A stretch of DNA of 32,000 nt from the NCBI RefSeq assembly GCF_000940845.1, contig NZ_CP010341.1:1830001-1862000 (forward strand), given 5' to 3'. A program made the translations under genes and the position numbers. A model generated the notes under the pieces. It worked only from the letters and a program-made list of their open reading frames with translations. It did not search any database and was not told the DNA's origin. Source of the stretch: Propionibacterium freudenreichii subsp. freudenreichii (GTDB lineage: Bacteria; Actinomycetota; Actinomycetes; Propionibacteriales; Propionibacteriaceae). Shown here piece after piece: positions 24,280 to 32,000 of this stretch; position 1 is the first letter of the stretch, and each line of letters starts with the position of its first letter.

Positions 24280-24921
24280 TCAGCCTCCGCTGGTTGGCGC
24301 GGCGCTGGGTCCCACGACCCGTTCGATCCGACTCGGCGTCGGCGTCTCGGTGGGCTTGTCAGCGCTCTTGTTGCTGTCCCATGCGCGCTGCCACCACGCC
24401 TCTGCCTGCTGTGCCCCGACGCCGGTGCGGTCGATCTTGGCCCCGCCGCCGTAGGGGTCGCCGTTGGCATCCACCACCTGGTAGCCGGTCTCGCCGGGCA
24501 TCACCCAGCCGAGCCTGCTGCGCGCCTGGGCCCGCACATAGTCCGGGTCGTTCCAGCGCTGCTGCTCGTTGTCAAGCTGGCTGATGTGCTCCTGGCTGGA
24601 CGCGATGGCCGCCCTGGCCTGGGATATCTGCTGGCGCTGGTCGACGTAGACCCGCAGGCTGGTGATCAGCGAGATGATCAGCACCGCCACGATCGCCAGG
24701 ACGGCGGCCAACCGCCGGGTCATGCGGGCGCCGGTGCGGGCGACCGGGCCGGTTGCCTCGTTGCCCGACTCGTCGCCCTCGGCACCCGAGCTCGTCTGGG
24801 TCTCCAGGCGGGCGCGTTCATGCGAGCTGCGACGCGAGGTGCGCGCTGCGGTGCGGGTGCTGGGGGTGTCGCCCGCCGAGGGGGGCGCACTGCGGCGCCG
24901 GCTGGAACGGGACGAGACCAT
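24280..24921 (-). CDS. Septum formation initiator family protein (FtsB/DivIC-like)
   Basis: A single TM segment (LAAVLAIVAVLIISLITSL) is followed by a coiled coil (RVYVDQRQQISQARAAIASSQEHISQLDNEQQRWNDPDYVRAQARSRLGWVMPGE). The N-terminal region is basic and disordered. The start is uncertain (ATG at 24921 chosen; other in-frame starts exist up to 25029). Confidence 0.75.
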   Translation of the reverse strand: MVSSRSSRRRSAPPSAGDTPSTRTAARTSRRSSHERARLETQTSSGAEGDESGNEATGPVARTGARMTRRLAAVLAIVAVLIISLITSLRVYVDQRQQISQARAAIASSQEHISQLDNEQQRWNDPDYVRAQARSRLGWVMPGETGYQVVDANGDPYGGGAKIDRTGVGAQQAEAWWQRAWDSNKSADKPTETPTPSRIERVVGPSAAPTSGG

Positions 24922-25198
24922 GTCCCCATTGTCCCCCGACACCGGCCCGGGCGGCATCCGGCAACGCCCGACGCCGTTGAATTCACAGGGCGCGGACCCG
25001 CGCGGACGCGACGCGGGTGGACATGTCACGCCTTAGATGGCGCCCCCTGGCATGGCGCTCGGGCACGCCACGGGGACATGCCACCCCGGATATGCCACCG
25101 AGGAGATGCAACAGGGGGCGCCACCGGCCTTGCGGCCGGCAGCGCCCCTGTGCGGGTCGTTCAGTGCTGGGCGTCCACCCGGCACCGTGCGTCCATCA

Positions 25199-26500
<1,302 letters not shown>

Positions 26501-26602
26501 TCAGTGTTTTTGGGAAGGCGTTGAGCCCCCTGTCCAGCCTAATGGGTCCGCCGCCACAAAGCGCCTGACGGGAACCACCCGCCGTGACGGCTTCATGCCC
26601 CC

Positions 26603-27274
26603 TCAGGACTGTTCGGCGGCCCTGATTTCGGCCTCCCAGCGGCGCAATGCCGCGCGCGTGGCCTGGTCCGCGTCCACTCCGACGCGTTGGGCCCGGCGCA
26701 CGAGGCTGAGAATCTTCTCGCCGGCCTCACGATCACTGATCGAAAGGTCCTCATCCTGGGCCGGCCCCATGTCGGGACCCACGTCGTGCACCCGCTGGGC
26801 CACCTTGGCCGCCCGCGCCAGCGTGGGCAGGGCGTCGGCGATGCCGTCCAACGACGAATCGCGATGCTTGGCGGCCTTCTTGCGTCGTTCCCAGCTGGCG
26901 TCGAGGTCATCGGGCACCTCGGCGTCGCCATAGACATAGGGATGGCGGGCAATGAGCTTGTCGGTGATGCCGCGCACCACCTCGGCGATGTCGTATTCGC
27001 CCTCGTCAGAGGCGATGGACGCGTGGAAGACCACCTGCATCAGCAGGTCGCCGAGCTCCTCGCGCTGGTCATCGGCCGTGCCGACCTCGATGGCGTCCAC
27101 CACCTCGGCCGTCTCCTCGATGAGGTGCTTCACCAGGCTGAGATGGGTCTGCCTGGCGTCCCAGGGGCATTCGATGCGCAGCGTCTGGTTCACTGCCACG
27201 AGCCGGGCGAATTCCTCGCCGGCCCGTTGGGCCGCCGCGGGCAACGAGCCCACATCGTCGGGGCGCTGGTTCAT
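26603..27274 (-). CDS. mazG: MazG nucleoside triphosphate pyrophosphohydrolase
   Basis: The ATG at 27274 overlaps the upstream stop (TGATG). Motifs present: LRIECPWDARQTHLSLVKHLIEETAEVVDAIE, EELGDLLMQVVFHA, ARHPYVYG. Confidence 0.85.
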   Translation of the reverse strand: MNQRPDDVGSLPAAAQRAGEEFARLVAVNQTLRIECPWDARQTHLSLVKHLIEETAEVVDAIEVGTADDQREELGDLLMQVVFHASIASDEGEYDIAEVVRGITDKLIARHPYVYGDAEVPDDLDASWERRKKAAKHRDSSLDGIADALPTLARAAKVAQRVHDVGPDMGPAQDEDLSISDREAGEKILSLVRRAQRVGVDADQATRAALRRWEAEIRAAEQS

Positions 27275-27807
27275 CAGCGGTCGGTGCTCAGCTTCGACAG
27301 TGATCCGGTACCGGCCACGGCAAAGTCGGTGGGGCTCCACGCGCCGTAGCGCGGGTTCACCACGGGGGCCAGCGAGGCGGCGTCCTTCTGCACGTTCTTG
27401 CCCTTGGCCGACAGCACCAGGGCCGTCAGGCGCAGCTGTCCGTCAACCGCCTGGGCGCAGTCATTGTCGGCCAACAGGCCCCGCGCATTGCCCAGGGCCT
27501 GCTTGGCCTGGTCCATGTCGGAATCCGACAGCGTCACGCCGTACTCGCGCGCCAGCTGATCGGCGATCATGCCCTCGCCCACATAGGAGACCACCACGCG
27601 GCGGATGTCCCCGGGCGTGTACTGGCCGGCGCCGCCCCCGGCGTCCAGCATCTTCGAGCAACCGTCGGCGTAACGGGTGATGGTCGACTCGCTGACCCGG
27701 GCACCGTCCAGCTCGATGGCCGTTGCGGGGCTGGGTGAGCAGCCGGCGAACATGGCAAGCGCCGCGGCGGGCACACCAATCCTGACGAGCAGCGAACGCC
27801 TGGACAT
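27274..27807 (-). CDS. Putative lipoprotein (unknown function)
   Basis: The ATG at 27807 follows GAAGGAGTTACTCG. The signal peptide has a lipobox (AALAMFAGC|SPS). The gene sits between mfd and mazG. Confidence 0.7.
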   Translation of the reverse strand: MSRRSLLVRIGVPAAALAMFAGCSPSPATAIELDGARVSESTITRYADGCSKMLDAGGGAGQYTPGDIRRVVVSYVGEGMIADQLAREYGVTLSDSDMDQAKQALGNARGLLADNDCAQAVDGQLRLTALVLSAKGKNVQKDAASLAPVVNPRYGAWSPTDFAVAGTGSLSKLSTDR

Positions 27808-27927
27808 CGAGTAACTCCTTCGACGGGACGGAGCGGCCGCGAGACCGCACAGGCGTGCGCCACCGCGGGGCTGGACGGCGCGAGAGCCGGGCAGCGCATC
27901 TGGCGATGAGCTTAGTGCAGCCGGGGG

Positions 27928-27933
27928 CCTAGC
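27928..27933. repeat. 6-bp target-site duplication CCTAGC (left copy)
   Basis: An identical hexamer sits immediately outside each IS terminus. It fits the NCTAGN target known for IS481. Confidence 0.8.
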
Positions 27934-28930
27934 TGTACTTCCCCGTGACGTTGTGAACGCGGGCTGAGGGAGTCTGGCCGCCGATCCCGGTGTGGGGTCT
28001 GTGGTGATTGTAGTGATGGAGCCAGGTCTCGTAGGCTGCGGCGCGCTCGGCTTCGCTGGCGTAGGGCTTCGCGTAGGCCCACTCGACGGCGAGGGTTCGG
28101 TTGAACCGCTCGACCTTGCCGTTGGTCTGCGGCCGGTATGGCCGGGTCCACTTGTGCTTCACCTCGTCGCCGAGCGCGTCAGCGAAGGCGCCTGACCGGT
28201 AGCAGGAACCGTTGTCGGTCATCACCGCGGTGACTGTGACGCCCAGGCCTGCGAAGAACGCGTTCGCGCGGGTCCAGAACCCCGCTGCGGTCTCTTTGCG
28301 CTCGTCGTCAAGGATCTCTGAGTACGCGATCCGGGAGTGGTCGTCCACGGCGTGGTGCAGATACCGGTAGCCGCGAGAGCCGGCTGCCCCGGCACGGGCT
28401 GCCTTGTCGCGGGCCACTCCCGCGTGACGGTCCTGCATGGATCCGCGACCGTGGGCACGCCACCCGCCGCCGTCGGGGATCCGGCCTTGTTTCTTGATAT
28501 CTACGTGCACGAGCTGGCCCGGCGCGGCGACCTCGTACCGTGTCGGCTTCGGGCGGCGAACCGGCAGCCCGGTGGCCTGGTCGATGTTGATCAGCTTCGG
28601 CATCTTGTATCGGGCGAGCACCCGACCGACCGTGGAACGGTGCAACCGCAGGTGATACGCGATCCGGTGCGGACCCCACCGGCGAGTGAACCGCAACGCG
28701 ACGATCCGATGCTCCGTCTTACGCGAAAGCCGGTTCGGTGACGAGGTGGGCCTCGAACTACGGTCGATCAACGGCAGCCCTGCCCGGTACCTGTCGGCCC
28801 ACCGCTTCACCGTCGCGGGCGAGCACTGGAACCGTTCCGCCGCCCGCCGCAACGACCAGCCCTGTTCCACGACGAGAACAGCAAGACGACGACGCCCTTC
28901 CGGTGTCAAGGGTGCGTTAGCGTGAGTCAC
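27929..28930 (-). CDS. IS481-family DDE transposase
   Basis: The GTG at 28930 follows GGAGGTCTTC. There is an N-terminal HTH (GWSLRRAAERFQCSPATVKRWADRY). The DDE triad contexts are LVHVDIKK, AVMTDNGSCY and PQTNGKVERFNRTL. The ORF reads through the terminal IR, and its TAG (27929-27931) lies in the flanking target duplication. Confidence 0.9.
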   Translation of the reverse strand: MTHANAPLTPEGRRRLAVLVVEQGWSLRRAAERFQCSPATVKRWADRYRAGLPLIDRSSRPTSSPNRLSRKTEHRIVALRFTRRWGPHRIAYHLRLHRSTVGRVLARYKMPKLINIDQATGLPVRRPKPTRYEVAAPGQLVHVDIKKQGRIPDGGGWRAHGRGSMQDRHAGVARDKAARAGAAGSRGYRYLHHAVDDHSRIAYSEILDDERKETAAGFWTRANAFFAGLGVTVTAVMTDNGSCYRSGAFADALGDEVKHKWTRPYRPQTNGKVERFNRTLAVEWAYAKPYASEAERAAAYETWLHHYNHHRPHTGIGGQTPSARVHNVTGKYS

Positions 28931-29026
28931 GAAGACCTCCGTGGTCAGGAGAGTGAGTGTGGTAACCCACATCCTGCCCGGAGGTCTTCGCTACCTCACC
29001 CGTTCACAACCTCCCGGGGAAGTACA
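27934..29026 (-). mobile_element. IS481-family insertion sequence, complete (1093 bp)
   Basis: The terminal inverted repeats are TGTACTTCCCCGTGACGTTGTGAACG (27934 onward) and the reverse complement of the right end, TGTACTTCCCCGGGAGGTTGTGAACG, matching at 24 of 26 positions. The element carries a single DDE transposase ORF and is flanked by 6-bp CCTAGC direct repeats. Confidence 0.9.
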
Positions 29027-29032
29027 CCTAGC
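29027..29032. repeat. 6-bp target-site duplication CCTAGC (right copy; contains the mfd stop codon)
   Basis: This hexamer is identical to the one at 27928-27933. The minus-strand TAG at 29028-29030 terminates the mfd ORF. Confidence 0.8.
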
Positions 29033-32000
29033 CCGCGGCGGCACCGGCGGTTGCCCCCACCGTGTCACCTGCAGTGTTGCCGGCGGTGCCCTGCCGCCTG
29101 GGGGCATCGGGCAGCAGGATGTCGCGCACGAACCCGGAGGCCCAGGCGATCAACTCGTCGCCGATGATGGGCTGGCCACCGACCTTGGCGGTGCGCGGTG
29201 CGGGCACCAGGGCCAGGTTGGCGGCGTTCTTCACCAGGGTGCCCGGGTAGAGCCGGTCGAGGCGCACCCGGCGCGAGTCGGGCAGCGACAGTTCGGTGCC
29301 GTCGGGGGCCCGGCGTCCGGCAATCGGCGCAAACCTGATGGATCGGCCCTGGCTCATCACCTCGGTGAGTCCTGCCTGACGGCACAGCAGCCTGAAGGCC
29401 GCCACCGTCAGCAACGATTCGGCCTGCTCGGGCACGGGGCCGTAGCGGTCCTGCAGCTCGCCGCGCAGCGCCTCGATGTCGTCGGTGCTGGTGACCTCGG
29501 CGATGCGCTTGTACATCTCCAGGCGCAACCGCTCCGATTCCACATAGTCCTCGGGCAGGTGGGCGTTGACGGGCAGCTCGATGCGCATCGGCTTCTCCTC
29601 CTCGCCCGGGCCATCGCCCTTGAACTCGGCGACGGCCTCCCCCACCAGGCGCAGGTAGAGGTCGAAGCCGACGTCGGCGATGTGGCCGGACTGCTCATCG
29701 CCCAGCAGGTTGCCGGCGCCACGGATCTCCAGGTCCTTCATGGCAATCGCCATGCCGGCGCCCAACTCGTTGTTGGCGGCCAGCGCGGCGAGCCGGTCAT
29801 GCGCCGTGGTGGTGAGCGTGCGGTCACCGGGGTACAGGAAGTATGCGTAACCGCGCTCGCGGCTGCGTCCCACCCGGCCGCGCAGCTGGTGCATCTGCGA
29901 CAGGCCCATGTGGTCGGCACGATCCACGATCAGGGTGTTGGCGGTGGGGATGTCCAGGCCGGCCTCGACGATGGTGGTGCACACCAGCACGTCGGCGCGC
30001 CGCTCCCAGAAGTCGACCATCACCTTCTCCAGGGTCTTCTCGCTCATCTGCCCATGGGCGGTGACCACGCGGGCCTCCGGCACCATCTCGCGGATGCGGG
30101 CGGCCACCCGATCGATGCTGGCCACCCGGTTGTGCACCAGGAACACCTGGCCCTCACGTGCCATCTCGCGACGGATCGCGGCCAGCACCTGGCCCTCGTC
30201 ATAGGGGCCGGCGAAGGTGAGCACGGGGTGACGTTCCTCCGGTGGCGTGGTGATGGTGCTCATCTCGCGGATACCGGTCACCGCCATCTCCAGGGTGCGC
30301 GGGATGGGGGTGGCACTCATCGAGAGCACATCGACGTTGACGCGCAGCTTCTTCAGCGCCTCCTTGTGCTCCACACCGAAACGCTGTTCCTCGTCGATGA
30401 TCACCAGGCCGAGGTCCTTGTAGTGCACCTTGGACGACAACAGCCGATGGGTGCCGATCACCACGTCGACCTTGCCCTGCGCCATCTCCTCCAGGGTGGT
30501 GGCCACCTCCTTCTCGGTCTGGAAGCGGCTCAGCTGGGCCACCGTCACGGGAAAGCCCGAGTAGCGCTCGGCGAAGGTCTGGTAGTGCTGCTGCACCAGC
30601 AGCGTGGTGGGCACCAGCACGGCCACCTGCTTGCCGTCCTGCACGGCCTTGAAGGCGGCACGCACGGCGATCTCGGTCTTGCCGTAGCCGACGTCACCAC
30701 AGATCAACCGGTCCATCGGCACGATCTGCTCCATGTCGTGCTTCACGTCGGTGATGCAGGCGAGCTGGTCGGGGGTCTCCTCGTAGCGGAAGGCGTCCTC
30801 CATCTCGTGTTGCCAGGGGGTGTCGGGGCTGAAGGCATGTCCGCGCGAGGCCTGGCGGGCCGCGTACAGCTTGATCAGGCCGGCAGCCACCTGGCGTACG
30901 GCCTTGCGGGCGCGGCTCTTGCGGTGCTTCCACTCGGCGCCGCCCATCTTGTCGAGCGCCGGTGCCTCACCACCCACGTAGCGGGTCACCTGGTCGAGCT
31001 GGTCCATCGGCACATAGAGGCGATCGCCGGGCTGCCCGCGCTTGGACGCCGCATATTCGATCACCATGTACTCACGGGTGGCCCCTGCCACCGTGCGCTG
31101 GGTCATCTCCACGAAGCGTCCGACACCGTGCTGCTCGTGCACCAGGGGGTCGCCGGGCTTCAGCTCCAGGGGCACCACCTGGTTGCGGCGCTTGGTGGGC
31201 ATCTTGCGCGACGAGCGGTCTGCGTTGGGCTGGTTGGTGATGTCGCCGGCGGCCACCAGGGTGAGCTTGAGGTCGGGGGCGCGGAAGCCGTGGCGCAGTC
31301 CCGACAGGATGATGGACACCACATGGGGCTCGGGCTCATCGGGCAGTTCGTCGAGCACGCGGGCGGGCGTGTCATGGTCGCGCAGCATCTCGGCCATGCG
31401 GTTGGCCAGTCCCTTGCCCTCGACGCTGGACACCACGCGCCAACCGCGGGCCAGATCATCGGTCATGGTGGCGATGGCCTTCTCGGCGTCGCCGCGCCAG
31501 CCGGGCAGCGGCTCCATGTCGAGGATCATCTCGGGGATCCCCCCGGCGAACGCCGCGTCGGCGGCCGAGACGGATTCGCCCGCGGATGCGGATTCTCCGG
31601 TGGGGTCCTCGCCCTGCGGGGCACTGTCGGGTGCCGCGGCGAAGGCCGACAGGCTCCACCAGCCCTGGCCGATGTCGAGGCTGTGCTGGCGCACATCGGC
31701 CAGCTCCTGGTACGACGACGCGGCCAGGTCGATGGGGGCCTTGCCGCCCGCGGCAGCAGCCGCCCACGAGGCGTGCAGGAACTCCTGGCTGGTGCGCACC
31801 AGGTCGGCGGCGCGGGTGCGCACCAGCTCCGGGTCGCAGACCAGGGTGAGGGTTTCGGGGGCCATCACGTCGACGAGCAGCTCCACGCCGTCGGCAAGCG
31901 CCGGGATGAGGGCCTCCATGCCCTCCACCGACTGGCCCTGCGAGATCTTCTCCAGCATCTCGGACAGTTCGGGGTGGGCGTCGACGAGGGCGGCCGCGCG
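29028..32000 (-). CDS. mfd: Transcription-repair coupling factor Mfd (N-terminal part lies beyond the window edge)
   Basis: The frame is open from the window end to the TAG at 29028. The RNAP-interacting domain ([15 protein letters not shown]) is present. Superfamily-2 helicase motifs are present ([45 protein letters not shown]), as is the TRG region. Confidence 0.95.
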   Translation of the reverse strand, partial: RAAALVDAHPELSEMLEKISQGQSVEGMEALIPALADGVELLVDVMAPETLTLVCDPELVRTRAADLVRTSQEFLHASWAAAAAGGKAPIDLAASSYQELADVRQHSLDIGQGWWSLSAFAAAPDSAPQGEDPTGESASAGESVSAADAAFAGGIPEMILDMEPLPGWRGDAEKAIATMTDDLARGWRVVSSVEGKGLANRMAEMLRDHDTPARVLDELPDEPEPHVVSIILSGLRHGFRAPDLKLTLVAAGDITNQPNADRSSRKMPTKRRNQVVPLELKPGDPLVHEQHGVGRFVEMTQRTVAGATREYMVIEYAASKRGQPGDRLYVPMDQLDQVTRYVGGEAPALDKMGGAEWKHRKSRARKAVRQVAAGLIKLYAARQASRGHAFSPDTPWQHEMEDAFRYEETPDQLACITDVKHDMEQIVPMDRLICGDVGYGKTEIAVRAAFKAVQDGKQVAVLVPTTLLVQQHYQTFAERYSGFPVTVAQLSRFQTEKEVATTLEEMAQGKVDVVIGTHRLLSSKVHYKDLGLVIIDEEQRFGVEHKEALKKLRVNVDVLSMSATPIPRTLEMAVTGIREMSTITTPPEERHPVLTFAGPYDEGQVLAAIRREMAREGQVFLVHNRVASIDRVAARIREMVPEARVVTAHGQMSEKTLEKVMVDFWERRADVLVCTTIVEAGLDIPTANTLIVDRADHMGLSQMHQLRGRVGRSRERGYAYFLYPGDRTLTTTAHDRLAALAANNELGAGMAIAMKDLEIRGAGNLLGDEQSGHIADVGFDLYLRLVGEAVAEFKGDGPGEEEKPMRIELPVNAHLPEDYVESERLRLEMYKRIAEVTSTDDIEALRGELQDRYGPVPEQAESLLTVAAFRLLCRQAGLTEVMSQGRSIRFAPIAGRRAPDGTELSLPDSRRVRLDRLYPGTLVKNAANLALVPAPRTAKVGGQPIIGDELIAWASGFVRDILLPDAPRRQGTAGNTAGDTVGATAGAAAG

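Overview
This is a high-GC actinobacterial chromosomal segment. Hand counts over 120 nt give about 66% GC in a core-looking gene and about 58% in one cassette. Gene content suggests Propionibacteriales. Two enolase paralogs about 9 kb apart match what I recall for dairy propionibacteria, but I cannot verify that here. I can support 32 protein-coding genes: two are cut by the window edges, one is an IS transposase, and one appears frameshifted. I also support one tRNA, one complete IS481-family insertion sequence with 6-bp target duplications, several GC-rich hairpin terminators, and a few candidate promoters and operators. Region 1-14.5 kb carries housekeeping and genome- or protein-maintenance genes: greA, DoxX, an AI-2E transporter, ung, msrA, a PNPOx-family protein, HAD, DinB, SRPBCC, mpg, a lipoprotein, NUDIX, BI-1, a methyltransferase and an SDR-like protein. 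Region 14.7-22.5 kb looks accessory: an APC permease, a second intact enolase, a divergent TetR/MFS pair, and a lower-GC ABC-2 exporter cassette (frameshifted ATPase, permease, TetR) that abuts a tRNA. Region 22.5-32 kb, all on the minus strand, is the conserved actinobacterial cluster mfd-[IS481]-lipoprotein-mazG-eno-ftsB/divIC-like-DUF501-ppx-tRNA. I found no rRNA, CRISPR array, recognisable defence system, toxin-antitoxin pair or biosynthetic cluster. I cannot support a coherent novel multi-gene system. The most unusual items are listed here. (1) A clean 73-nt class-I tRNA has a UAA anticodon, which does not fit bacterial tRNA-Leu architecture. (2) The IS481 element is inserted exactly at the mfd stop codon, so both mfd and the transposase terminate on the duplicated CTAG. 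(3) The tRNA-adjacent lower-GC ABC-2/TetR cassette has twin 13-bp palindromic operators and a frameshifted ATPase. (4) The second enolase has all catalytic motifs intact. (5) A 48-bp perfect palindrome lies between convergent genes. All product calls rest on my recognition of motifs in the translations. No database search was possible.
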